Translations under genes and position numbers: made by a program
Origin: Candidatus Subterrananammoxibius californiae
GTDB taxonomy: Bacteria; Planctomycetota; Brocadiia; Brocadiales; Subterrananammoxibiaceae
Reading direction: 5' to 3'
DNA: 45,303 nt
Assembly (NCBI GenBank): GCA_030586555.1
Contig: JAURAC010000020.1
Span: 17,560 to 62,862, forward strand
Shown here: one piece after another, positions 1 through 10,292 of the stretch
Numbering within the stretch: position 1 is the first letter of the stretch
Layout of the letters: every line of letters starts with the position of its first letter
Notes under the pieces: generated by a model
The model's input: the letters and a program-made list of their open reading frames with translations, nothing else
Database searches by the model: none
Told to the model about the DNA's origin: nothing

Positions 1-907
1 CTACAACTACGAACTCCTTATTGCCTTCTTTAGCCGTGTAAGCCACATGCTTGCTGTCAGGGCTGAAGGTGGGACATGATACGGTATCATACTGCTTACC
101 CTCTATTTCATCCTCAACCACGAACTCCTTTTTATACGAGGGAAGGAACCCGTGCTCCATGATAGCAGCAATATAAGCTACACGCCTGCTGTCAGGACTA
201 AAAATGAGCGATGATGGATAGATCTCTAACTAAATCTTTCTTTTTTTCCCATCTACCATCACTACATGCCCAGGACCCTTATGCGCCACATAAGCTACTC
301 GGTTGCTATCAGGGCTGAATTTAATAATTCCTTCCACGATGCTAACAATACACGGTTTCCCCTCTTTTCCATCCACGACCACACACGTTTTACTACTTAA
401 GAATCCAGCTCCACGTAATAACGCTTCATAAGCTATCCGCTTGCCGTCCGGACTGAAGGTAAGAGACCCTTCTGTTATACCTTTGTACTTCTTTTCCTCT
501 TTTCCATCTACAACTACGACCCACTTATTAGTACCCACTTCAGCCTCATAAACCACCCGCGTACTGTTGGGACTGAAAATGGGGGTACTTACCCCAAGGT
601 ATTTTTTCCCCTCTTTACCATCTATTACCACAACTTCCTTATTTCCAAGCCACCCTTTTACTCGATACGAATGAGCCACACGCTTACAATCGGGGCTTAC
701 TGCATCTAACTTGCAAATTAGTTTGCCTGAAAAGCTATCGGTAGCGGTATAGCAACCATCCGGGAGTAGTATATGCAAGATGGATTTTCCCCATGAAGAA
801 ATAAGCTCCTCTCTCTTTCTGTCAATGAGTCTCTCGAATACTTCCCTGTTCGGAGATTTTTCTTCACTTTCTCGAAACATTTTACCGTGCCTCCTTTCAC
901 TCTCCAA
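1..907 (-). pseudogene. TolB-like/PD40 beta-propeller repeat protein interrupted by an in-frame TAG at 230-232; runs off the window edge
   Basis: Repeated FSPDxKRVAY...VVVDGKEGK units. Past the TAG the same frame continues as LEIYPSSLIFSPDSRRVAY...PTFSPDSKHVAYTAKEGNKEFVVV to the window edge. Confidence 0.75.
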
Positions 908-1036
908 ATGTTAAATAACCACCTGAACAAAATCAAAAAAGTTGCATTAAAAGCAGGTCTAAAGGCACTCTTTTGAAAAGATCGTGGAAAGCAAATCTCG
1001 ACTCAAAGCTTTTAGCTGTTAGTACCAGCTTGCTTT

Positions 1037-1417
1037 TCACCCTGCCAAAGCCTTTACGTACTCGACAATTTCCTCAAGCGTCGTTCCTGGACCAAATAGT
1101 TTGCCGATACCCATTTTTTGAAGTGTTTCGATATCCTCCTGTGGTATAATTCCACCACCGAATACCTTTATATTTTCAGCCCCATTTTCTTTCAAAAGCT
1201 GTAAGATTCTGGGAAAGACTGCCATGTGCGCACCGGAGAGTATGCTTATAGCTATAAGGTTGACGTTTTCTTTTATTGCCCGTTCTACTACAGCCTCAGG
1301 GGTTTGATGTAACCCGCCGTAAATAACGTCTATGCCAGCCTCTAAGAGCGCCTTTGCCACCACCTTTGCGCCCCTGTCGTGCCCATCAAGCCCGACTTTT
1401 GCAACGAGTACTCGCAT
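1037..1417 (-). CDS. Cobalamin-binding small subunit of acyl-CoA mutase (IcmB/McmB-like)
   Basis: GLDGHDRG B12-binding motif, SILSGAH, GGGIIP; likely start MRVLVAK at 1417. Confidence 0.92.
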   Translation of the reverse strand: MRVLVAKVGLDGHDRGAKVVAKALLEAGIDVIYGGLHQTPEAVVERAIKENVNLIAISILSGAHMAVFPRILQLLKENGAENIKVFGGGIIPQEDIETLQKMGIGKLFGPGTTLEEIVEYVKALAG

Positions 1418-1454
1418 CTTTACATTTCCTCGCTTTTTTGTAAACATTGTGCGT

Positions 1455-1485
1455 CACGGACAAACAAAGTTTGTCCATGCCACCC
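1455..1485. repeat. CACGGACAAAC..GTTTGTCC.TGCCACCC palindrome family; copies at 15951-15980, 44959-44988 (inverted), degenerate at about 5037-5064
   Basis: Near-identical 30-bp hairpins at gene ends. Confidence 0.82.
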
Positions 1486-1503
1486 AACCTAACGCACGAA
1501 TCG

Positions 1504-3168
1504 TTAAAAAATTATTGGCTCTTTATATTCCCCGAAGACCTTTCTCCATACGTTTACTATCTCTCCAAGTGAAGCATAATTCTTTACGCAATCGAGTACG
1601 TATGGCATGACGTTTTCATCGGTACGTGATACCTCTTCTAACACCTTTAAAGATTTTTCAATCTTTTTATTATCCCTCTTAGCCTTTACTGCCTTAATAT
1701 TTTCTATTTGCTCTTTCTCTATTCTTGGGTCTATTTCTAATATAGGGATAGCTGGTTTACCAGCCTCTCCTTCCTCCACGTACTCATTTACCCCGACTAT
1801 AATCCTTTCCTTTTTCTCCACCTCTTCCTGGAAGCGTCGTGAAGCCTCTGCAATCTCTTTCTGGATATATCCCGTCTCGATGCACTTGAGCATTCCGCCT
1901 CGTTGTTCTATTTCACTAAAATAATTTTCTGCCTCTTCCTCAAGCTTATTTGTCAGATTCTCAACGAAGTATGAGCCTGCAAGTGGGTCAACGGTATTAG
2001 TAACGCCTGTCTCATGTGCGATTATTTGCTGTGTTCTCAGAGCAATAAGTACAGCCTTTTCGGAGGGCAGGGCATAGGTTTCGTCCATTGAATCGGTGTG
2101 CAATGACTGCGTTCCGCCGAGGACTGCTTGTAATGCTTGAAGGGCGACACGCACTATGTTATTCTCAGGCTGTTGGGCGGTGAGGCTGCAGCCTGCTGTC
2201 TGGGTATGGAATCTAAGCCGCATGGACTCTTCCTTTCTTGCCCAGTATTTTTCCTTCATCTTTTTTGCCCATATACGGCGGGCGGCACGGAATTTTGCAA
2301 TTTCCTCAAAGAAGTCAGAATGAGAGTTAAAGAAGAATGAAAGCCTCGGCGCAAAGTCGTCAATTTTTAAGCCCCTCGCAAGCGCCGCATCCACGTATGT
2401 AAAACCATCAGCGAGGGTAAAAGCTAATTCCTGTACCGCCGTGCTTCCTGCCTCTCTTATGTGATAACCACTAATGGAGATGGTATTCCATTTCGGCACA
2501 TGCTCGGTACAATAGGCTATTATGTCCGTAACCAGCCTTAGCGAACCCTGAGGCTGAAAAATGTAGGTCTTCTGGGCAATGTATTCCTTGAGAATATCGT
2601 TCTGGGTAGTGCCTCCTAATTTATCAAAGGGAATGCCTCTTTTTTCCGCCACGGCAAGATACATTGCCAATAGTATTGTAGCAGGGGAGTTAATGGTCAT
2701 TGATGTGGTAATCTTATCGAGAGGAATCCCATCGAAGAGTGCCTCCATATCGGCTAATGTATCAATGGCTACGCCGCATCTTCCAGCTTCGCCCTTAGAC
2801 CTTGGATGGTCGGAATCGTAGCCCATTATGGTTGGCACATCAAAGGCTACTGAAAGACCGGTTTCGCCCTGGCTTAAAAGGTAGTGAAATCTCTTATTGG
2901 TTTCCTTAGCAGTACCGAAGCCTGCAAACTCCCTCATAGTCCATAGTCTGCCTCGGTACATGTTTGCATGTATCCCACGGGTGTATGGGTATTGCCCTGG
3001 AAATCCTAAATCCTTAAGATAATCAATTTCTGCTATGTCTTTTGGTATGTAAAGGGTTTTGACAGGCAGCCCGGAAATTGTAGTAAACTTAGAACGAAGT
3101 TCAGGCGATTTTTTTGCCTGTTCTTCCCATAAAACTTGAGCTTCTTCAATTTTCTTTGTATCATCCAT
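1504..3168 (-). CDS. AdoCbl-dependent acyl-CoA mutase large subunit, isobutyryl-CoA-mutase-type specificity residues
   Basis: PGQYPYTRG, WTMREFAGFG, QNDILKEYIAQK, ISISGYHIREAG, GGTQSLHT motifs. Confidence 0.9.
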   Translation of the reverse strand: MDDTKKIEEAQVLWEEQAKKSPELRSKFTTISGLPVKTLYIPKDIAEIDYLKDLGFPGQYPYTRGIHANMYRGRLWTMREFAGFGTAKETNKRFHYLLSQGETGLSVAFDVPTIMGYDSDHPRSKGEAGRCGVAIDTLADMEALFDGIPLDKITTSMTINSPATILLAMYLAVAEKRGIPFDKLGGTTQNDILKEYIAQKTYIFQPQGSLRLVTDIIAYCTEHVPKWNTISISGYHIREAGSTAVQELAFTLADGFTYVDAALARGLKIDDFAPRLSFFFNSHSDFFEEIAKFRAARRIWAKKMKEKYWARKEESMRLRFHTQTAGCSLTAQQPENNIVRVALQALQAVLGGTQSLHTDSMDETYALPSEKAVLIALRTQQIIAHETGVTNTVDPLAGSYFVENLTNKLEEEAENYFSEIEQRGGMLKCIETGYIQKEIAEASRRFQEEVEKKERIIVGVNEYVEEGEAGKPAIPILEIDPRIEKEQIENIKAVKAKRDNKKIEKSLKVLEEVSRTDENVMPYVLDCVKNYASLGEIVNVWRKVFGEYKEPIIF

Positions 3169-3225
3169 AAGTCTTAGGCTGAAGGCTGAAGAAAGGATAG
3201 GCTGATGGGGGAAAAAGTATTTTCT

Positions 3226-3987
3226 TCAGTCTTTCGCCTTCAGTCTTAAGCCTTCCGTTGTCTTATTTGCGTCGGTTTCAATGACCAGTTGTGTGGCAAG
3301 TGCAAGGTTGTCGGGGGAACTGCCTGCATCTATCCACCAACCATCGAGTATATCATAGGTCATTGTGCCGTGCTTTATATAATCGTTGTTAACGTCGGTG
3401 ATTTCTAACTCTCCACGGTCTGACCTTTTAAGGGTCTTGATTATATTAAAGACCCTGCTATCGTACATATAAATGCCTGTTACTGCATATTTAGATTTTG
3501 GATTTTTTGGTTTCTCCTCAATCCTCACTATTCTATCACCCTTAATCTCTGGAACGCCAAAGTGTTTGGGGTGAGGGACTTCCTTTAATAATATTTTTGC
3601 GCCCTCCTTTTGTTTTTCAAAGAACTCTTTGTATTTTATGATATTCTTTTCTATTATGTTGTCTCCAAGCACAACAAGTATCTTTTCTCCGTCTGCAAAA
3701 TCCTCGGCGAGAGCGAGAGCTTCTGCAATGCCACCCTCGCCTTCTTGATAGGTATAATTTATCTCTTTGAGGCCAAACTCCTTGCCGTTTCCTAATAATC
3801 TGAGAAAATCCCCGGCGCTATTTCCCCCAGTAACAATCATAACCTCCTTAATGCCCGTATTTATAATGGTCAAAATAGGGTAGTAAATCATCGGCTTGTT
3901 ATACACTGGTAAAAGATGTTTATTAGTAACCTTGGTTAGAGGCAATAATCTTGTGCCGAGACCACCTGCAAGAACCACACCCTTCAT
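3226..3987 (-). CDS. rmlA: Glucose-1-phosphate thymidylyltransferase
   Basis: GVVLAGGLGTRLLPLT..NKHLLPVYNKPMI, EEKP, RGELEITDVN. Confidence 0.88.
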   Translation of the reverse strand: MKGVVLAGGLGTRLLPLTKVTNKHLLPVYNKPMIYYPILTIINTGIKEVMIVTGGNSAGDFLRLLGNGKEFGLKEINYTYQEGEGGIAEALALAEDFADGEKILVVLGDNIIEKNIIKYKEFFEKQKEGAKILLKEVPHPKHFGVPEIKGDRIVRIEEKPKNPKSKYAVTGIYMYDSRVFNIIKTLKRSDRGELEITDVNNDYIKHGTMTYDILDGWWIDAGSSPDNLALATQLVIETDANKTTEGLRLKAKD

Positions 3988-4177
3988 TTAGCCATCCTTC
4001 CTTTAATTGAAATTCTAAATCCTAATATCGAAGCTCTAAACAATATCGAAATCCCAAATCCAAAATCCCTTCACCCTAACCCTCTCCCCAGAGGGGAGAG
4101 GAATGGTGAGGGGGTTATTTGAATTTGAATCATTTGAATTTGTTTAGGATTTCGGATTTAGAATTTAGAGTTTTAAT

Positions 4178-4633
4178 TCAGCCGTCTTTTCTTTCCCAGT
4201 TATACGGAATTTCTTTGCTACGAGGGTCAACCCTGTACTCATCGGGTTCAGTATAATTATACCTTTCGGTCGGGCAGTTGACAACGATTGCTTCCTCCTG
4301 GCTTACGCATTTGAACCCATGATAAACCATCGGTGGAATCTGCACGAGGATAGGATTGTGAATACCAAAGAAAAGTTCATCCACTTGCCCATGTGTGGGT
4401 GAATCGGGACGGCTGTCATAAAGGACGAGTTTCATCATGCCGTGTATGGCAGCCATATTATCCGTCTGGATTTTATGATAATGCCACGCCTTGACAACAC
4501 CTGGATATGCAGTCGTCATATATACCTGACCAAATTTAGTGAATAAATTGTCGTCAGAACGAAGAATCTCCATGAGCCTCCCCCGTTCATCGGGAATCAC
4601 CTTCAGTTTCTTTATTTTAACCCCATCTATCAT
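4178..4633 (-). CDS. rmlC: dTDP-4-dehydrorhamnose 3,5-epimerase family cupin
   Basis: DERGRLME, GVVKAWHYH, IPPMVYHGF; adjacent to rmlA. Confidence 0.85.
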   Translation of the reverse strand: MIDGVKIKKLKVIPDERGRLMEILRSDDNLFTKFGQVYMTTAYPGVVKAWHYHKIQTDNMAAIHGMMKLVLYDSRPDSPTHGQVDELFFGIHNPILVQIPPMVYHGFKCVSQEEAIVVNCPTERYNYTEPDEYRVDPRSKEIPYNWERKDG

Positions 4634-5039
4634 AAGAGTTCAGCGTTATGAGTTTTGAGTTCAGAGTCATGGGTTAAAAAGTAAATTTTTTCCAAAACTC
4701 CCAACTTGCAACTCTCAACTCGTTTGGAGAATCCTATCACACAGTGCTAACCAGTTCAAGACTATTTTTGTGTAATATAATCGCAATATAATAATGTTAG
4801 TATCTAAGAGTTTGTCGGGAAAAATCTCTTTTACTGAATTGACGAATCAGAATTGTCTGTACAGGTACTTTTGTTGTGCCGAGAGGCGGGTTTGTTAAGC
4901 TTGGGCATGTCAACTGACTTTAAGACACACATGGTGTTAGGCTTTACTTTAGGGAGTTTTAATGCCAGTGTCCTACCCCGCTTCGTGCGTGGTGCAAAGT
5001 AAGCATTTCAAAAAACTATGGAATTTGTTTGCCATGGTG

Positions 5040-5849
5040 CTATGAACAAACAAGTTTACCCGTGGAATTCCCAAGTTGATTAATGGTGCCGTGACCCTTC
5101 CCGGGATTGTATGAGGAACTGAGCGCTTTTGTGATAAATGACTTCGCATTCTTTATGGCGAATCTTAGACTTTGCCCTTTTGCCAGTCCAGCAGCTATTG
5201 CTGAGGCGTACGTGCAGCCCGTCCCGTGGGTGTTAATGGTCTTTATGCGTTTTGAGCTAAAGTATTCAAAGGTCTTCCCATCGTACAGCACATCTGTTAC
5301 AATGGCTTCACCCTCAGCAAAATGACCTCCTTTTATAAGGACGTTTTTAGCCCCTGAATTGTGAATTGCCTTTGCTGATTCCTCCACATCGGAGAGGCAC
5401 TTAATAGTTTGCCCGCTTAGCCGCTCAGCCTCGTAGACGTTGGGCGTTATGAGAAAGGATAGGGGGATTAAATCAGAAACAAGGGCATTGATGCCATCGG
5501 TTGACAATAACTGCCTTCCCCCCTTTGCGGCAATGACCGGGTCCACCACCACGTTTTTTATTTGATATTGCTTTATCTTATTGCAAACCACCTTTACTAT
5601 GTCAGCATTGCATAGCATACCAGTTTTTAAAGCATCCGTACCGATGTCGGTCATTATGGAGTCTATTTGCTGGGTAACAATGTAATCAGGGATTTCATAA
5701 ATATCCTGAACGCCAAGTGTATTTTGAGCAGTAATTGCAGTAATAACGCATGTTCCAAAGACTCCGAAGGCGGTCAAGGTTTTCAGGTCTGCCTGTATTC
5801 CAGCCCCACCACCTGAATCAGAACCAGCTATTATAAGAACCTTGTGCAT
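5040..5849 (-). CDS. thiD: Hydroxymethylpyrimidine/phosphomethylpyrimidine kinase
   Basis: [37 protein letters not shown]. Confidence 0.95.
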   Translation of the reverse strand: MHKVLIIAGSDSGGGAGIQADLKTLTAFGVFGTCVITAITAQNTLGVQDIYEIPDYIVTQQIDSIMTDIGTDALKTGMLCNADIVKVVCNKIKQYQIKNVVVDPVIAAKGGRQLLSTDGINALVSDLIPLSFLITPNVYEAERLSGQTIKCLSDVEESAKAIHNSGAKNVLIKGGHFAEGEAIVTDVLYDGKTFEYFSSKRIKTINTHGTGCTYASAIAAGLAKGQSLRFAIKNAKSFITKALSSSYNPGKGHGTINQLGNSTGKLVCS

Positions 5850-5963
5850 TAGATATAAGTATAAATAGACCGTAAGTATTTGTCAAATTTCATTTTTTAG
5901 GTTAGGTGTTGATATGAAGCACGATACAAGGAAGTCTCTGAAAAAATCACAAAATACTCTGAC

Positions 5964-6100
5964 ATGTCATGCTGAACTCGGTTCAACATCCTGAAATACC
6001 CTGAACTTGATTCAGGGCAGAACAGGTTCTAATAAAATCAAGGGCTAACGTGACCCCGGAACAAGCCTGCCCTGAAGTTCTTTCAGGGTTCGGGGTGACA
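5964..6100. repeat. Nested palindromic element (TGTCA...TGACA type) containing CCCTGAA..TTCAGGG sub-palindromes; related copy at about 29919-29953
   Basis: tgtcatgctgaac...ttcggggtgaca termini; ccctgaacttgattcaggg at 5998 is identical to the copy upstream of cas9. Confidence 0.65.
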
Positions 6101-6136
6101 GAAACCATACTTTTTCAGAGACCAGTAAAAAATATC

Positions 6137-6164
6137 TTGACAAAGTATTTTCTCAAGGTATAAT
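6137..6164 (+). promoter_or_regulatory. Sigma70-type promoter upstream of hao-like gene 1
   Basis: TTGACA (6137-42), 16 nt, TATAAT (6159-64). Confidence 0.75.
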
Positions 6165-6594
6165 GCACAGCCGTTTCGGTGGGTAAAAATTACATACCCT
6201 TAATTTATTAATTTAATGTAATTATTCGATACCGTTGGAAAGGGCATAGGCTTCGTGCAAAACCATGTTTTGCAAGGGATAAGCCCTTCGGAACAAAATC
6301 TAACCTGCATGAGATGTATTTAACCTTGAATTTTCAATAATTCGTTTCCCAACGATATCATCTATAATTGTATTATGCCGAAGGAAGGAGGTGGTTCGGT
6401 TAAAACAACGAGGCAACGAATTGCCTGAAATAAGCAGTAAAATGCTATTTGTGAAATCTTTTATGGTGAGCAGGTTTATTCAAAACCAAGTCCGTGCCAA
6501 AAACAGCACGAGTCTTCGATTACGAAGAACTTGGTTTTAACTCTACCAAGTTATTTTTTTATATAGTACCCAGTAGAAAGGAGAAGAACGCAAC

Positions 6595-8163
6595 ATGTTT
6601 AAGTGGAAGGAAAAAGCCTTAGCTGTCACATTTGTGATAACTATCGCAGCGTTCATGATTTTAGGTCGGTGCAATCTGAGCGGAAATATCGCCACCGCCG
6701 AGGAGGCAGCAGCGCCCGCACCAACGTTTCAGGATGTAGCATCAAAAATTTTTGGACAGGCAGTCGGTCCTGACGATTCAGGTGAGAAGTATATTTTTGG
6801 TCTAACTGCAACATACACAGGTCCAGAGGAAAGATTACCCGCAGAAGGAAAGCTCAAAAACGTTTTCTACTTCTTACCTGTAATACGCTGGTACGACCCT
6901 GACCATTACTACACATCAAGCCAGGAGGTCGAAGGCGTATTCAAGCAGGAAGAATGTGTACTCTGCCACATGGTGCAAACCCCTACTATAGTGAAGGATT
7001 GGAAGGTAAGTAAGCATGCCACCCCGCCAGAAGGTAAGGAAGGTGCTGGCTGTGTAAAATGCCATGGCGCAGACCATAAGCAGTTGTTTATGCCAACACA
7101 TAAGTATTGCAAGGAATGCCACGAAAAGCAGGTCGCAGGACACACAGGGAGTATTTTGGGAGGTCATTCTTATGCCTTCCATATCAATGTCTTAGAGTTT
7201 GACTGGCATGTTGGAAAACCACCAGAGGAGGTATCAGCCTGCGCTGAATGCCACGGCATTATTGAAAACAGATGCGATGGATGCCATACGAGACACAAAT
7301 TCTCAGCCGCAGAGTCAAGAAGATCGAGTGCCTGTATGATGTGCCATCAGGGTATTGACCACGCAGAGTGGGAGGCATGGTCAGGCTCTACACATGGCGC
7401 AATATATGAAGCAGAAGGCGACACATGGGACTGGAGCAAGCCAGTTAAGGCTGGTAATTACAGGGTACCAACCTGCGCATATTGTCACATGCAGGGCGGT
7501 GAACACAATACCACTGCATTCTCCACCACATACAGCGATATGGGTATGTTTCTTGTTGACCGCGGCGCACCGAAGTGGAAGGCAAAGAGAGACGCATGGG
7601 TTAACGTATGCAAGGGTTGTCATTCACCAAGGTTTGCCAGGGACTTCCTTGAGGCAATGGACGAGGCTATAAACGTGAGTTTTACAAAATGGCGTGAGGC
7701 TGTTGGCGTAGTTGTGGGTCTTTATTTAGAGGGTGTAATAGACCCAATGCCTGCCGACCTTGCCCCCGATTGGTACGGACACTACACCTTTAGTCTGTTA
7801 CCAGGCGGTGAGCCGAGGATGTACAATATATCTAACGTGGAGCGAATTGCGTTTGAGATGATTTGCTATGATATTGCCCGTATCTATAAGGCAAGGGCGC
7901 ATGGGTCATTGATGCATGCCACTTACACACATGGCGCCTTTCCTGCTGATAGGCACCTGACAGAGTTAAAAGCCGAGGCGAGCATGCTAAAAAGGATTGC
8001 AAGACTTGAGAAGCAGGCTGGTATAGAGCATAAGGCTTTTGATTTCTGGAAGCACGGCGAATATACCGACTTGCTTACAGGTTGGAAGAGAAAAGAGGGT
8101 GATGTCCTGCCAAAGACGGAATGTCTGCACGGTTCACATCCTTGCAGGGGAGAAGCACACTAA
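6595..8163 (+). CDS. hao: Octaheme hydroxylamine oxidoreductase family protein (HOX/kustc1061-like)
   Basis: 8 CxxCH motifs; signal peptide; IRWYDPDHY, PDWYGHYTFSLLPGG and DFWKHGEY match remembered anammox HAO motifs. Confidence 0.88.
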   Translation: MFKWKEKALAVTFVITIAAFMILGRCNLSGNIATAEEAAAPAPTFQDVASKIFGQAVGPDDSGEKYIFGLTATYTGPEERLPAEGKLKNVFYFLPVIRWYDPDHYYTSSQEVEGVFKQEECVLCHMVQTPTIVKDWKVSKHATPPEGKEGAGCVKCHGADHKQLFMPTHKYCKECHEKQVAGHTGSILGGHSYAFHINVLEFDWHVGKPPEEVSACAECHGIIENRCDGCHTRHKFSAAESRRSSACMMCHQGIDHAEWEAWSGSTHGAIYEAEGDTWDWSKPVKAGNYRVPTCAYCHMQGGEHNTTAFSTTYSDMGMFLVDRGAPKWKAKRDAWVNVCKGCHSPRFARDFLEAMDEAINVSFTKWREAVGVVVGLYLEGVIDPMPADLAPDWYGHYTFSLLPGGEPRMYNISNVERIAFEMICYDIARIYKARAHGSLMHATYTHGAFPADRHLTELKAEASMLKRIARLEKQAGIEHKAFDFWKHGEYTDLLTGWKRKEGDVLPKTECLHGSHPCRGEAH

Positions 8164-8368
8164 TTGCTCCCGGCACTAACATAAACACGTAGTTGGGGCA
8201 GGGGTTGGTAGTCCCTGCCCTAACTATTGGTGTTGACAGCGCAACCAATTTTATGCTAATATTAAGAGACTTTTTGCAATTAATTTACATTTTAAAGCAG
8301 GTGATATTATGAAAACAACAATTACTAAATCACGCATAAATATATTAAAAGGGGTTTCGTATGAGGTA

Positions 8369-9559
8369 ATGGAACTTCCCGATAAGAGAGGGCATTTTGG
8401 CAGATTCGGCGGCAAGTTTGTTCCAGAAACCCTGATGCCTGCGCTTGAACAATTAGAGGAAGAATATCTCAAAGCAAAAAATGACCCAAAATTTAATGAA
8501 GAATTGAAATATTATCTTAGAGAATACGTTGGAAGGCCCTCCACACTTTATTTTGCCGAAAGACTTACAAAGAAGCTGGGTGGCGCAAAGATATATTTAA
8601 AAAGGGAAGACTTGAATCACACCGGCGCACACAAGATAAATAATACGATAGGACAGGCGCTTCTGGCGCTACGTATGGGCAAGAAGCGCATAATAGCCGA
8701 AACGGGCGCCGGACAACATGGCGTGGCAACAGCTACAGCGGCTGCCATGTTTGGTCTTGAATGCGAAGTTTACATGGGTGAAGAAGATATGCGCCGCCAG
8801 TCGCTTAACGTCTTCAGAATGAGGCTCCTTGGAACAAAGGTCATTCCCGTTAAAACTGGCTCAAGAACGTTAAAGGACGCAACAAACGAGGCGCTGAGGG
8901 ATTGGATGGCATCTGTAAGAAATACCCATTATATTATTGGTTCAGTTGTTGGACCGCACCCGTATCCAACGATGGTAAGGGACTTCCAGGTAATCATTGG
9001 ACAGGAAGTGAAAGAGCAAATTCTTGAGAAAGAGGGCAGGCTGCCCGATTATCTTATTGCATGTGTTGGTGGCGGAAGTAATTCAATGGGTTTGTTCCAC
9101 CCGTTTATTAATGATAAAGGGGTAAAGATGATAGGTGTTGAAGCTGGCGGTTACGGAGCAGGGGTTGGAGAGCATGCTTCAACGCTTACCAGCGGTTCTG
9201 TTGGCGTACTGCATGGCAGCGTGAGTTACGTACTGCAGGATGAAGATGGACAGACACTGCCTGTGCATTCAATCTCTGCAGGACTGGATTACCCTGGAGT
9301 AGGGCCAGAACATAGCTATTTAAAGGATATCGGCAGAGCCACCTATGTTTCTATAACAGATGCTGAGGCACTGGAAGCCTTTCAGCTTTGTGCAAGATTA
9401 GAGGGTATTATCCCTGCTTTAGAAGCAGCACATGCTATTGCATACACTATGAAGTTTGCTCCTACCCTTAAGAGGGATACGTTAGTAGTAATATGCCTTT
9501 CTGGCAGTGGGGATAAAGATACGTTCGAGGTTGCCAGGAAGCTTGGACAGGAACTATAA
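8369..9559 (+). CDS. trpB: Tryptophan synthase beta subunit
   Basis: [40 protein letters not shown] 8369 preceded by GAGGT. Confidence 0.97.
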   Translation: MELPDKRGHFGRFGGKFVPETLMPALEQLEEEYLKAKNDPKFNEELKYYLREYVGRPSTLYFAERLTKKLGGAKIYLKREDLNHTGAHKINNTIGQALLALRMGKKRIIAETGAGQHGVATATAAAMFGLECEVYMGEEDMRRQSLNVFRMRLLGTKVIPVKTGSRTLKDATNEALRDWMASVRNTHYIIGSVVGPHPYPTMVRDFQVIIGQEVKEQILEKEGRLPDYLIACVGGGSNSMGLFHPFINDKGVKMIGVEAGGYGAGVGEHASTLTSGSVGVLHGSVSYVLQDEDGQTLPVHSISAGLDYPGVGPEHSYLKDIGRATYVSITDAEALEAFQLCARLEGIIPALEAAHAIAYTMKFAPTLKRDTLVVICLSGSGDKDTFEVARKLGQEL

Positions 9560-9674
9560 ACACAGTAGACAGCAAACAGTAGATAGTAAACAGGGAAAAA
9601 GAAAATTTTTAACTTCCATTATCCCTGTCTACTGTCTACTTCCTACTGCCTACTTGTAGAAAGTTAGGAGATGT

Positions 9675-10292
9675 TTGATGAGTGAACATGGAGAACATAA
9701 AGTTAGATACGGAATGGTCGTGGACCTCCGTAAGTGCATGGGTTGCCACACATGCACAATTGCCTGCAAGACCGAAAATGACGTTCCTCCCGGTGTGTGG
9801 CGTACATGGGTCAAGGTTATAGAAAAGGGCACGTATCCCAACGTTACACGCTCTTTCCTACCGACCTTCTGTAATCAATGTGAGAATCCGATATGTCTGC
9901 AAAACTGCCCGGTAATCGCAACGTATCAAAGGTCGGACGGCATCGTAATGGTTGACCCGCATCGTTGCATAGGGTGTAAATACTGTATTGCAAGCTGTCC
10001 TTACGATGTAAGACATATTGACCCCATAAGAAAAATTGTTAGGAAGTGTCATTTGTGTGTTCACAGGATTGATGCAGGCATACTTCCGTCATGTGTACAA
10101 AGTTGTCCAAGTAGTGCCTTGACCGTCGGTAATCTTAATGACCCTGAGAGTGAGGTATCCAAACTTATTGCTGAAAATCCTGTTCATGTCCTTAAACCCG
10201 AATTGGGAACCAAACCCAGGGTTTTTTACATCGGGGCTGACTTAGATGCTATGGACCCATTTGCTGGAAAGGAAACTGCAAGATATGGTTGA
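9675..10292 (+). CDS. 4Fe-4S dicluster electron-transfer subunit (NrfC/PsrB/TtrB-like)
   Basis: CMGCHTC..AC, CNQCENPIC..CP, CIGCKYC..CP, CHLC...C..CP; KPELGTKPRVFY. Confidence 0.9.
   Translation: MMSEHGEHKVRYGMVVDLRKCMGCHTCTIACKTENDVPPGVWRTWVKVIEKGTYPNVTRSFLPTFCNQCENPICLQNCPVIATYQRSDGIVMVDPHRCIGCKYCIASCPYDVRHIDPIRKIVRKCHLCVHRIDAGILPSCVQSCPSSALTVGNLNDPESEVSKLIAENPVHVLKPELGTKPRVFYIGADLDAMDPFAGKETARYG

Noticed and set aside
230..232. Pyrrolysine or genome-wide TAG recoding
   Set aside because: No pyl genes in the window and TAG serves as a normal stop elsewhere (e.g. thiD, yhaM)
4800..5035. Possible riboswitch near thiD
   Set aside because: Lies downstream of thiD and I could not find TPP or other riboswitch consensus motifs; an Rfam scan would settle it
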